From NCBI GenBank assembly GCA_050952625.1, contig JBMNLH010000003.1, positions 32,001 through 96,000 on the forward strand: 64,000 nucleotides of DNA, written 5' to 3'. Both the position numbers and the translations under genes were made by a program. Shown here piece after piece: positions 20,493 through 29,813 of the stretch. This DNA comes from Bacillota bacterium (lineage in GTDB: Bacteria; Bacillota; Ch66; Ch109). Position 1 is the first letter of the stretch, and each line of letters begins with the position of its first letter. Below the pieces are notes generated by a model. The model worked only from the letters and a program-made list of their open reading frames with translations, ran no database searches and had not been told where the DNA came from.

Positions 20493-21791
20493 TTATAATT
20501 TTCTTCGATCAATGACCCGCTTCGCTTTCCCTTCGGTTCGCTCCAAGGTTCTAGGTTCCACCAACCGCACCTCAACCGAAATCCCCAGACCACTATTCAG
20601 ATCATGTTTCAGCCGACGCCGGATCATTTCTAATTCCTTGATTTCGGCTGACCGGATAGTCTCTTCGGTTACTTCCACCCGAACCTCCAAGGTATCCAGG
20701 CTTCCCTGGCGTTCAACGACCAACTCATAAAACGGAGCGACTTCGGGAGACTTGAGCAAAATGCTTTCGACCATGGAGGGGAAGACATTTACGCCCCGAA
20801 TAATGATCATATCATCGGTTCGGCCGAGGATTTTTTCAAGCCGGACCAGGGTTCGCCCGCAAGGACAGGGTTCCCGATGCAACACGGCAACATCCCTGGT
20901 TCGGTAACGGATCATGGGAAGGGCTTCCTTGGTCAGGGTAGTAATCACCAATTCCCCTTTTTCGCCATCCGGCAGGGTTTCGCCAGTGTCCGGATCGATT
21001 ATCTCCGGCAGGAAATGGTCTTCAAAGAAGTGCAGCCCGGTTTGATACGAACACTCCATTGCTACCCCTGGTCCCATAATCTCACTTAAACCGTAGATGT
21101 CATAGGCTTTAATCCCTAATTTCTTTTCTATTGACTGGCGCATCTGATTAGACCAAGGTTCGGCTCCAAAAACGCCGGCTTTCAGGGCTAAACGGCTGCG
21201 GTCAATCTTTAACTGTTCAATTGTTTCGCCCAAGAAAAGGGCATAGGATGGAGTACAGGCCAGGATTTCAGTGCCAAAGTCCTCCATGAGCATTATCTGC
21301 CGGGGCGTATTTCCTCCAGAACTAGGGACTACCGCTGCTCCTAACCGTTCAACCCCATAGTGAACCCCCAAACCACCGGTGAACAGTCCATAACCATAAG
21401 CTACCTGAACCACTGAGTCCGGCGTGGCCCCCGCCATCGTTAAAGACCGAGCGGCCAGATTAGCCCACATATCCAAATCCCCCTGGGTATAGCCAACCAC
21501 AGTCGGTTTACCGGTTGTGCCCGAAGAAGCATGAAGCCGCACGACCTGGTTCATGGGGACCGCAAACATCCCGAACGGATAATTATCCCGCAGAGCACTT
21601 TTCAGGGTGAAAGGGAGCCGCGGCAGATCCTCCAGTCCCCGAATATCCTCTGGCCTTACCTTGGCCTCCTCCCATTGCTGCCGATAATAAGGCACCTGAT
21701 AGGCTCGGTTCAGGGTTACTTGCAGTCTTTCCCACTGTAATTTTTTTAATTCCTCACGACCAATACACTCCAGTTCTTTTTCCCAGTACAT
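20493..21791 (-). CDS. paaK: Phenylacetate-CoA ligase
   Basis: [51 protein letters not shown]. Confidence 0.92.
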   Translation of the reverse strand: MYWEKELECIGREELKKLQWERLQVTLNRAYQVPYYRQQWEEAKVRPEDIRGLEDLPRLPFTLKSALRDNYPFGMFAVPMNQVVRLHASSGTTGKPTVVGYTQGDLDMWANLAARSLTMAGATPDSVVQVAYGYGLFTGGLGVHYGVERLGAAVVPSSGGNTPRQIMLMEDFGTEILACTPSYALFLGETIEQLKIDRSRLALKAGVFGAEPWSNQMRQSIEKKLGIKAYDIYGLSEIMGPGVAMECSYQTGLHFFEDHFLPEIIDPDTGETLPDGEKGELVITTLTKEALPMIRYRTRDVAVLHREPCPCGRTLVRLEKILGRTDDMIIIRGVNVFPSMVESILLKSPEVAPFYELVVERQGSLDTLEVRVEVTEETIRSAEIKELEMIRRRLKHDLNSGLGISVEVRLVEPRTLERTEGKAKRVIDRRKL

Positions 21792-21822
21792 ATAAATTAC
21801 CTCCTTGTATTAATAACCAATT

Positions 21823-21853
21823 TTGGGATATGGGGACAGGTTAACTGTCCCGG
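21823..21853. repeat. REP-like GGGACAGGTT..CTGTCCC repeat
   Basis: tgggatatggggacaggttaactgtcccgg. Confidence 0.7.
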
Positions 21854-22034
21854 CTCTTTTTTCGGTCCCGGTCCTTTATTAACAATATGTCCCGCAAAAC
21901 TAATGATGTTGCTATTTGCTCTCAGAATCCAACCGTTATTCTGACCAGAGCGAAGAATCTAAACTATGGGTGGTCTTAAGAAATAAACCCCATTGTAAAA
22001 TCAGTCGGTAGTGATGCTAATCATAAAGGTTAAC

Positions 22035-22232
22035 AAACAAAAAACCGCCCCTTTAAGGGACGGAGTTTTTCCGCGGTACCACCCTGATTGACCAAAACTG
22101 GTCCGGCTCACTTCAAGTACGGGACACGTTAGGACCCAGCACCTCAGATATCCAGGGGGATACAAGAAGCCATTCCCTAGAAACTTACTCCAGTATTAGG
22201 CTGCCAAGCCACCACAACCCACAGTAAGTACT
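22035..22232 (-). promoter_or_regulatory. Partial second T-box (antiterminator/terminator, no visible Stem I)
   Basis: AGGGTGGTACCGCGG...CCGTCCCT followed by GGGGCGG-TTTTTT. Confidence 0.8.
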
Positions 22233-22552
22233 AAATAAAAAAGCCGCTCATCCGTTAGGGACGAGAGGCTCTGCTTCCGTGTTACCACCCTAGTTGCCGC
22301 CTTGGTTAAAGGGATTTATTGCCTGTTTCCCAAAGACGACCACTTTATCTGAGTACAGGACAGTGTCCGATACCCGCTTCCGGTTAACGGCGGAAGATTC
22401 CGACCCAACCTACTTGCTCCATATACAATAGGAGTTTCAGCCGGCTGTTTGGGAGCGAACTTCAACCAATTCCCCCATAAGGACGCTTTCAGTCTCTGAC
22501 GTCCTCTCCCTGAATGGGTTAACCTGGCCTACTTTTCTCCCGCATCACATTT
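22233..22552 (-). promoter_or_regulatory. Full T-box riboswitch, probable Phe (UUC) specifier
   Basis: Stem I with AGTA, GGGAGAG and GACTGAAA motifs; specifier loop GAAG-TTC-G (22457-22459); AGGGTGGTAACACGG..CTCGTCCCT antiterminator; U-tailed terminator. Confidence 0.9.
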
Positions 22553-22573
22553 CCCATATCCTTAAGTAAATTC

Positions 22574-22603
22574 AGTATAGCTGATGGTCCTGGAAAAAGT
22601 CAA
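22574..22603 (-). promoter_or_regulatory. Sigma-A promoter of the T-box leader
   Basis: TTGACT-18-TATACT. Confidence 0.7.
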
Positions 22604-22632
22604 TAGTCTGCCGATCAATAATCAGATTAATT

Positions 22633-23493
22633 TCAGAATTCAGGGGCTTTCGGCCCATAAACCAAACCGACTGATTCCGGACCAACATGTGACCCAATCA
22701 CCGGTCCCACCTCATAGACAGGCACCGTCAACCCCGGGTACTCCTGTTGAAGCGCATCGACCAGCCGGGCCCCTTCACCAGGGGCATCAACATGAATAAC
22801 CGCAATCTGGCCGAAGTCTCTGCCCGCCAGATCCTGCCTCAATACTTCCAGCATCCTTTTAATCGCTCGGGGCCGAGTGCGCACCCGCTCCAACACATCA
22901 ATTCGGCCTTCTGGCATGTGCAAGATCGGCTTAATCTCCAGAAAACTGCCCAATAAAGCCTGAGCACCGCCAATCCGACCTCCCCGATGCAGGTACTCCA
23001 GGGTACCGACCATAAAAAGCAGACGCAGATTACTCCGCAGCCAATTCAGCCGCTGCAGTATTTCTGCCTTACTTCGCCCCGCCTGGGCTGCCTGAGCTGC
23101 AGCCAACACCTGAAACCCCAGACTCGAACAAGTGGTCAGCGAATCAAATACCTCAATTTTCAGATGCGGCAGCATCCCCTTGGCTGTTTCCGCTGCCGTT
23201 ACCGTTCCACTGAGTTTCCCGGAAATGTGGATGCTGATGATCGATTCATAAATTGCTCCCAGTTCCTCGTAAGTCCGCACAAATTCTCCCAAGGAAGGCT
23301 GCGAGGTCGTCGGCAGCACCTTGCTTTGACGCAGGCGGCGATAAAACTCAGAGTTGCTCATTTCACCTTCCCGAAAACACTGGTCCTCCAGGTTAACTGC
23401 TAAAGGAATGACCGAAACCGAGTGCTTCCTTAACAGGTCTTCAGGTAAATAAGCTGTACTGTCAGTAACAATCCCCACCCCGGACTGTCCCAT
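22633..23493 (-). CDS. DegV family protein
   Basis: VTDSTA, TTSQPS, ISGKLSGT, RGGRIG, GSHVGP. Confidence 0.92.
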   Translation of the reverse strand: MGQSGVGIVTDSTAYLPEDLLRKHSVSVIPLAVNLEDQCFREGEMSNSEFYRRLRQSKVLPTTSQPSLGEFVRTYEELGAIYESIISIHISGKLSGTVTAAETAKGMLPHLKIEVFDSLTTCSSLGFQVLAAAQAAQAGRSKAEILQRLNWLRSNLRLLFMVGTLEYLHRGGRIGGAQALLGSFLEIKPILHMPEGRIDVLERVRTRPRAIKRMLEVLRQDLAGRDFGQIAVIHVDAPGEGARLVDALQQEYPGLTVPVYEVGPVIGSHVGPESVGLVYGPKAPEF

Positions 23494-23526
23494 ATAACTG
23501 GTCTCCTTTCTGCCAAAAAACCCAGC

Positions 23527-23557
23527 AAAAAGCGCATCCCCACCATCTGGGATGCGC
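23527..23557 (-). terminator. Intrinsic terminator after purC
   Basis: gcgcatccc...gggatgcgc hairpin with U tract on the minus strand. Confidence 0.75.
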
Positions 23558-23572
23558 CAAGGCAGCTAATTA

Positions 23573-24253
23573 TTACTGCCCGGTCACGATGGTTGAAAGG
23601 TCTAAGGGCAAAAGCTGTTGGCCGTTCCGGAAAACACGCATGTTATCACCAGAGATGTCATCAATCACTACAATCTCCCCGTTTACCCGGCCGAACTCAA
23701 ACTTAATATCAACTAGATCCAGACCCCGAGACCCTAAATCCTCCCGCACAATCTGAGCAACCTGACGGGCAAGATCTTTAACGCGCGTCACCTCTTCGGG
23801 CTTCATTAGGCGCAGTTGGACCAGTGTCTCATCGTTTAACGGCGGGTCACTTCTTTCATCATCCTTCAGGGTGATTTCAACCAGGGAGTCGAGCGGTTCA
23901 AATTCTTGAATATAACGGCCGTACCGGCGTAAAAAGCTGCCATAAGCCTTAAAACGAATAACAATCTCTAAACCAGCCCCAAAGGTTTCGGCCGGGCGGA
24001 CCTCCATGGTTCGCTCGTCTAAATTAGCCGTCACAAAATGCGTCGCGATGCCTTTCTCCCTGAGTAGTTCAAAAAAGTACTTAGACATGCGCAGAGAAGC
24101 CCGACCTTTGCCAGCTAATTCACCGAGCACAAAATTCGAACCGGGATCAATTCGACCGTCTTCGCCGGTCACATCATCTTTAAATTGCAAAAGATAATTT
24201 CCGTTTTCTAGCTGGTATACATCCTTGGTTTTACCGGCATACACCTGTTTCAT
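23573..24253 (-). CDS. purC: SAICAR synthetase
   Basis: YAGKTKDVY, FKDD, GSFLRRYG, KDDERSDP, DIKFEFG, DDISGDNMR. Confidence 0.9.
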   Translation of the reverse strand: MKQVYAGKTKDVYQLENGNYLLQFKDDVTGEDGRIDPGSNFVLGELAGKGRASLRMSKYFFELLREKGIATHFVTANLDERTMEVRPAETFGAGLEIVIRFKAYGSFLRRYGRYIQEFEPLDSLVEITLKDDERSDPPLNDETLVQLRLMKPEEVTRVKDLARQVAQIVREDLGSRGLDLVDIKFEFGRVNGEIVVIDDISGDNMRVFRNGQQLLPLDLSTIVTGQ

Positions 24254-24309
24254 TCAACAAGTAACCCAGTTTCTGAAATCCAGGAAACTAGGCTCGCACC
24301 ACCTTTCTT
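24254..24309 (-). promoter_or_regulatory. SD separated from the purC ATG by an 11-bp hairpin (short form of the split-RBS element)
   Basis: AAGAAAGGTGGTG cg AGCCTAGTTTC ctggatttca GAAACTGGGTT acttgttga ATG. Confidence 0.7.
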
Positions 24310-24339
24310 TATAATCATTGACATCACGCCTTACTTACT

Positions 24340-24368
24340 ATCATATCTGAACATATGTTCGATGTCAA
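24340..24368 (-). promoter_or_regulatory. Sigma-A promoter of purC with a GAAC-N4-GTTC (LexA/Cheo-like) palindrome in the spacer
   Basis: TTGACA-17-TATGAT; GAACATATGTTC at 24349-24360. Confidence 0.7.
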
Positions 24369-24490
24369 TGGATTTTGTTCACTGTCCTTCGTTCCAACAC
24401 TGCACGGCAATTTTCATACCCTGATAGTGCCACGAAACAACCACGAAACAACATGGGGGGACTCTGAATATCGTCTAATACAATTCGCTA

Positions 24491-26284
24491 TTAAATTTCC
24501 TGCTCAACTAGACCCAACATTCTGTTAATCATTACGGCCCCTTCAGCCCGGGTAATATTCCCCTTTGGCTTAAATAACCGATCCTTACCTTGGCCATAAC
24601 CAGAGATAATTCCCGCAGCGGTCGCGTTCTGAACCTCATTAATCGCCCAACGCGCTATTTCATCAGCATCAGCAAAAACCAGCACCCGATTACCGGACAC
24701 CGGAACTCCCTGGTAGTGTAAAGCCCGCATTACTAGGACGGCTGCCTCTTCTCGCGTTATCCGATCATATGGACAAAACTGGTTAGGCGTCTTACCAGAA
24801 ACTAAACCCGCGCTCGCCGCACGACTCACACTCTGATAGAACCAATCGCCTTGTTGGACATCTTTAAATTTAATCGATTGAGCTGGCTCCTTTAAACCCA
24901 AGGCCAAAGAGATAATGGTCGCAAATTCAGCCCGCGTCATTTGTCCCTCTGGGTTAAAGAACCGGGCCGACACCCCATGCACAATCCCTCGGGACACCAG
25001 GTATTCTACCTCAGATCGGGACCAATGATTCCGCAGATCGTAGAAGCCGGTTGATGAGGCACAGAAAGTAATTAGCGCGTCCCAGGCCTCCTGGTTGCCC
25101 AGACCTAACCGCCAAACGGAAATCCCCTTCAATTGCTGGGAGCGGGCTAAGTCTACCTTTTCCGCCAGGCTGCGGGCTGTCTCATAGTATATTTCGCTTT
25201 CGATTAGTTTTCCATCCTGCCAGCGCTTAATTTTAGTATAACCAGTGCGATAATCGTAGGTTTGGCCACCCCACTCGTAGGTGGAGAGATAGCGATGCTC
25301 ATTGGGCGTACATTCAACTACTGGTCCGTTTATCCCGGCCAGGGTCGCCTCTATTCGACTGAGCGTTGGCAAGGCTACTTCCAGGTTCCCACCTGCCTTT
25401 GGAATCCACTGGATCCCATTTAAGGCAATCGCCAAAAGTAGTTTCTCCCGCGGCACCCCGGCGTTAATCATTTTTTTCACCGCATCCTCAACCTGGTAGT
25501 AAGGAGCAGTCGCTGCTATATCCGGGCGAGGATTGCCAGGAGTGGCGTGGTAATAATCGTGAGCCATCAGAATGACCGTATCCGCAACTTGGCCGATATG
25601 GACATAATCATAGCCATCACAATAATTATAAACATTATTAGGAGTCAGGCAAACCAGTAATTCCCGTTCCCCTAGTCGTTGCTTTAATAAATCTAGAAAC
25701 CGATTGAAGCGGTTTTTGGTAGCCCAGCTGCCAGGAGTCTCTTCCCGCAAACCCTCAAAGTCAATCACTACTCCCTGAAAGTTTATCCCGGCCGGGTTTT
25801 TCGTTAAAAAACTAACCAGAGGATTTATTACCTGCTCCTGCAGCTGCTGATCACTTAAGCTGAGCAATTCCAAAGGAACACTGAGCTCATCTTTTGGGTT
25901 GGCGTCAGCACAAAAAACCGACAGGTATTTACGGGCGGAGCTTTGTTTTAATTTCCTGGCCTCCTCCCCCACCGTGGCCGGGATACCATACTCAGGGTAC
26001 TCATCAGCTGGGCCTAATTTTTGCCCTTCAGTGGCAAACCGAATCTTACCCTGAGCATCCTTGGCCACCCGGGCCCAACCAACGGAAACGCTGCTTAAAT
26101 TATCGACCACATCGCTTTCCGACCGGCTGTTAATGGCGTAAAAGCCATTTAAAAACAAACTATCACTCGCCCCATGCACTGGTGCGTTAAGTTGTGCTGG
26201 AACGCCAGACAAAAACAAGGCTGCCATAACCAAAACGCCAATTATTTGCTTGAATCTGAAATTCATTCCCCCTATAACCCCCAC
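24491..26284 (-). CDS. Secreted GH18-like domain protein with three SLH domains
   Basis: FQGVVIDFE, LMAHDY, GISVWRLG; C-terminal TRAE/TREE SLH repeats. Confidence 0.85.
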   Translation of the reverse strand: MGVIGGMNFRFKQIIGVLVMAALFLSGVPAQLNAPVHGASDSLFLNGFYAINSRSESDVVDNLSSVSVGWARVAKDAQGKIRFATEGQKLGPADEYPEYGIPATVGEEARKLKQSSARKYLSVFCADANPKDELSVPLELLSLSDQQLQEQVINPLVSFLTKNPAGINFQGVVIDFEGLREETPGSWATKNRFNRFLDLLKQRLGERELLVCLTPNNVYNYCDGYDYVHIGQVADTVILMAHDYYHATPGNPRPDIAATAPYYQVEDAVKKMINAGVPREKLLLAIALNGIQWIPKAGGNLEVALPTLSRIEATLAGINGPVVECTPNEHRYLSTYEWGGQTYDYRTGYTKIKRWQDGKLIESEIYYETARSLAEKVDLARSQQLKGISVWRLGLGNQEAWDALITFCASSTGFYDLRNHWSRSEVEYLVSRGIVHGVSARFFNPEGQMTRAEFATIISLALGLKEPAQSIKFKDVQQGDWFYQSVSRAASAGLVSGKTPNQFCPYDRITREEAAVLVMRALHYQGVPVSGNRVLVFADADEIARWAINEVQNATAAGIISGYGQGKDRLFKPKGNITRAEGAVMINRMLGLVEQEI

Positions 26285-26396
26285 TAAATCTTACTTGGAA
26301 ATGATTCTTAAAAAAATCCAGACCTTTCCTGTTTATACGATCAATTTCGACGAATTAGCCTAAAATCCTGCCGGTAAGTATCGGTAAATAAAGGAA

Positions 26397-26510
26397 GTGA
26401 ACCGTTCGCTTCCCTGATTATTAAACCTTCAGACGGAAACTCTACTTGACCCGAAGTTTAACCACGATAATTTCCATATTATAGAAATGAGAGTTTTTTG
26501 ATTCAGATAA
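26397..26510 (-). mobile_element. 115-bp element, degenerate copy
   Basis: gtgaaccgttc...cttcagacgga...gaagtttaa...atagaaatgagag...ttcagataa. Confidence 0.7.
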
Positions 26511-26597
26511 ATTCAGAAAAAAGCAGGCTCCCGGGAAGGGCAGTCTGCTTATTTGCACATGATTGACGCTTTGCACGATCCTGATTTTTCATTTGAC

Positions 26598-27089
26598 CTA
26601 GTTACTGCTTTTTTCTTCCGGTTTAACATCCTGCATTAACAAGATTAATTCGTCAACTTTTTCGGCTAGAGTGCGGGCAACCGGCGTATGATCCTGCTCC
26701 GGGGCTACCTGGTCTGATAAGTAATGACTCAGATCGTCGATTTCATTCAGTTTTTGATTAACCCCGCGATTAGCTAATGGCCAAAAAACATCAAACTTGC
26801 TCTTAATCGTGCCGATAATCGCTGGACCGGTAAAACCAACAATAAAGCCGACACCCGACCAGGTCGTTTCCGGCATTACCGGAAAATCGAGACCAAAATC
26901 GAATTTAGCAAAAAAGACTAGTATCCCCAGGGCCGCTCCGATTCCCAGTAAAATCTCATACAAGAATCCTAGATTCCAAACCCCGGTTACTATCCTACTG
27001 GGGCAAACCAGCATTCCTTTTTGATTGTATAAATGACCAACCAAACCGCCGATCAAGGTCCCTAGCCCATATAATAATTCTACTGGCAT
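26598..27089 (-). CDS. Membrane protein (DUF4257-like)
   Basis: IGGLVGHL..NLGFLYEILLGIGAA; three TM segments. Confidence 0.6.
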   Translation of the reverse strand: MPVELLYGLGTLIGGLVGHLYNQKGMLVCPSRIVTGVWNLGFLYEILLGIGAALGILVFFAKFDFGLDFPVMPETTWSGVGFIVGFTGPAIIGTIKSKFDVFWPLANRGVNQKLNEIDDLSHYLSDQVAPEQDHTPVARTLAEKVDELILLMQDVKPEEKSSN

Positions 27090-27177
27090 TTGACTTACCC
27101 CTTCCGCCTAAACAGCCACAATCTTGACTACTCCAGTCTATGATTTAGCCCGGCTGAAGGATACAATTGCCAGAAGA

Positions 27178-29358
27178 TTAATCATAACGAATGGACAGCC
27201 GCTTAGACAAGTGAGGAGCCTTTTCCAACATTCTATGAAACATCTGTTTTTGCAATGAGATAAATAACGTGGGGGTCAGGGTTCGGATTGTCGCCGTACG
27301 AGGGATATCTTTAAGCAAGGCGATCTCACCAAAAAAGTCACCGTCCTGAAGGATGGCCAACTGCTTCTCTTGACCCTCGGCCAATCGTTTCGAAACCTCG
27401 ACCTTACCCCGAACCAAGATATAAAACTTGTCCCCCGGATCGCCTTCTTCAATGACTAAACGGTTTGCCGGGTAGTATTCGGAAACAAACATTGGAACCA
27501 GGCTTTCCAGGAAATCGTCGTTCATTTCCTGGAATATAGGAATATTCTTTAAGCGATTAACAGTAATTTCTGCATTCATTCCATCTTCGCTGAGGATAAA
27601 ACCGGTCTGATTCTGCCACAGATCCCGATATCGGCTGCCCTCTTGATTGAGTAACTCTTTATGAGTACCCTGCTCAATTATCCGCCCCTTATCCAGGACA
27701 AAAATCCTATCAGCTTCTTGAACTGAAGATAACCGATGGGTGACTGAGATCACGGTCCGGGTTCGGGCAATATTTCTAATTGTTTGGTTAATTGCCGTTT
27801 CATTAGCCGGATCCAGAGCGGACGTAGCTTCATCAAGAAGTAAAATACTGGGGTTGCGCAACAAGGCTCGGGCGATTGCCAGCCGCTGCCGTTGTCCACC
27901 AGATAAAAAGCCTCCTCCCTCGCCCACCAAGGTGGCATAGCCTTGGGGCAGGTTCAAAATAGCATCATGGATGCCCGCAGCCTTGGCGGCCTGTTCAATT
28001 GCCGCATCAGTTGCCTCAAGCTTCCCCAGCCGAATGTTTTCTCTAACCGATAGATTAAAAAGCATATTCTCTTGAAAAACAATCCCCATCTGCGCGCGGA
28101 GCGACTGCTGGGTGACTGAGCGGATATTCTTTCCATCAATCGTAATGGCCCCGGTTCCAGGATCATAAAACCGCATAATTAACTTAATTATCGTGCTTTT
28201 CCCGGAACCGCTGGCCCCGACAAAAGCAACATAACTGCCAAACGGGATCCTAAGGTTAATATTGGTTAAATTGGTTTCCGTTTCGTTATAGCCAAAAGTA
28301 ACATCTTGAAAAGCAATTTCCTGTGAAATCAAGGCAAGCTCTTGCGGCGGGACCTGGTCAGTAATGGTGGGCTCAACTTGTAAAAGCTCATCAATTCTTT
28401 TCATACTGGCGGTTGCCTTGGTCACTAACGGCATCATCCAGGTTAGTTCTAAAATCATACTGTTCATCCCAGAAAGCATCGTCATAAAGGCCATTAACGA
28501 ACCGATGGTAAGCGAACCCCTGAAGGCCAGCAGCGAGCCAACCGATAGAACTACGATACTTAGTATAATTGTCCCAAAATTAGCGGTAATCAGCACCGAA
28601 AAATTTAAAAAATTTGCCCGGCGGGCTACTTTATAGTAATAATCCAACTGGGCACTAAAACGTTGGATTTCATAGGGTTGCAAGTTAAAGGCTTTAACAA
28701 GCACTTGCGCGTGAATATTCTCCTGCATAACTGATGTCATCCCGGCTAGATTTGTTTTCAAATCGTAACTGGCTGTTTCAGCACGAGTGCTCAAGATGTT
28801 GGGCAGCCATAGCGCAAGGGGCAACCCGACAGTTGTAATTAAAGCTAGCTGCCAGTTTAGGTAATATAGCAAAGCCGCATTCAACAATACACCCAGAAAA
28901 AACATGATCCCAATGGGCAATTGCACTAACAGCGTATCAATCAGATTAACATCTGTATTAAAACGGGTTAAAATGTCACCCGCGCTAGTTCGGGTGAAGA
29001 AACTAACAGATAGCTCTTGTAAACGCGAAAATATTTTCTTGTATAAATCGCTAATTATCCTTGTATGTACCCGGGCATATAGAACTACTAACACCGAACA
29101 GGCCAAAAATGCGATTAAGGCAGACAAGATAATTAATAATAAGATGCGCCAAAGATAATCTTGATCATTAAGGGCAATGGCATTATCAATAATAAATTTA
29201 ATACTAAGGGGAAACAGTATTCGAAAAGCTAAATAGAGCGAGATAGAAATTGCTATCAATAAACTTTGTCTTTTGTATATGCTAAACTCTTTTAGCATTC
29301 GCCCCAGAAACGGGAGCAAGGGAACAACCGCCTTTCGAGACAAGCCTGATCGAACCAT
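27178..29358 (-). CDS. ABC exporter (TMD-NBD) with C-terminal cyclic-nucleotide-binding domain
   Basis: GASGSGKST, LSGGQ, DEATSALD; cNMP motif EGDPGDKFY..GDFFGEIALL..PRTAT; start uncertain. Confidence 0.9.
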   Translation of the reverse strand: MVRSGLSRKAVVPLLPFLGRMLKEFSIYKRQSLLIAISISLYLAFRILFPLSIKFIIDNAIALNDQDYLWRILLLIILSALIAFLACSVLVVLYARVHTRIISDLYKKIFSRLQELSVSFFTRTSAGDILTRFNTDVNLIDTLLVQLPIGIMFFLGVLLNAALLYYLNWQLALITTVGLPLALWLPNILSTRAETASYDLKTNLAGMTSVMQENIHAQVLVKAFNLQPYEIQRFSAQLDYYYKVARRANFLNFSVLITANFGTIILSIVVLSVGSLLAFRGSLTIGSLMAFMTMLSGMNSMILELTWMMPLVTKATASMKRIDELLQVEPTITDQVPPQELALISQEIAFQDVTFGYNETETNLTNINLRIPFGSYVAFVGASGSGKSTIIKLIMRFYDPGTGAITIDGKNIRSVTQQSLRAQMGIVFQENMLFNLSVRENIRLGKLEATDAAIEQAAKAAGIHDAILNLPQGYATLVGEGGGFLSGGQRQRLAIARALLRNPSILLLDEATSALDPANETAINQTIRNIARTRTVISVTHRLSSVQEADRIFVLDKGRIIEQGTHKELLNQEGSRYRDLWQNQTGFILSEDGMNAEITVNRLKNIPIFQEMNDDFLESLVPMFVSEYYPANRLVIEEGDPGDKFYILVRGKVEVSKRLAEGQEKQLAILQDGDFFGEIALLKDIPRTATIRTLTPTLFISLQKQMFHRMLEKAPHLSKRLSIRYD

Positions 29359-29359
29359 A

Positions 29360-29471
29360 TTATCTGAATCAAAAGACTCCCACTTCTATATGTGGGGGTT
29401 ACCTTGAATAAACTTCAGGTGGAGAGTCTCCATCTGAAGCCTCGATGTTCAGCGAAGCTGAACGTGTTCAT
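29360..29471 (+). mobile_element. 115-bp three-hairpin element, near-consensus copy
   Basis: ttatctgaatcaaaagactcccacttctatatgtgggggtt...cttcaggtggag..ctccatctgaag..gttcagcgaagctgaac..ttcat. Confidence 0.85.
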
Positions 29472-29487
29472 TCGATCCCAATTCTGT

Positions 29488-29811
29488 TTAACCAGGAACC
29501 TCGATTTCCATTTCTAATAATGCTGAACTCAGCGACTTGCCGTGCGGATCAAGCCGCAGAGAGCGGGTTACTCCGCCAGCTAAGGCCTGGTGAAGAACAA
29601 AGTTTAAAGCCCCAATCTTCGGCATCTCGTAACGTACGACTTCTCCGCTCGTCAACCCCTGAAACCAGGCCGCGACTTTGTCCGCGGTCACCTGACTTTC
29701 AATCAGGGGGTAGTCCTCCGGCCGGTAAACGATTAAAGAGAGGTTTAGGGTATTACCTTTATCCCCGGCTCGGGAATGAGCTATTTCGCGAAGCTTGATT
29801 TTCCGAGTCAA
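29488..29811 (-). CDS. Small AtuA C-terminal-like protein
   Basis: AHSRAGDKGN...SLRLDPHGK. Confidence 0.8.
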   Translation of the reverse strand: MTRKIKLREIAHSRAGDKGNTLNLSLIVYRPEDYPLIESQVTADKVAAWFQGLTSGEVVRYEMPKIGALNFVLHQALAGGVTRSLRLDPHGKSLSSALLEMEIEVPG

Positions 29812-29813
29812 TT

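Noticed and set aside
24430-24452. 11-bp tandem duplication ccacgaaacaa x2
   Set aside because: Only two units and no other context; likely simple slippage.
29445-29798. Plus-strand 117-aa ORF
   Set aside because: It starts inside the repeat element and is antisense to the AtuA-like gene.
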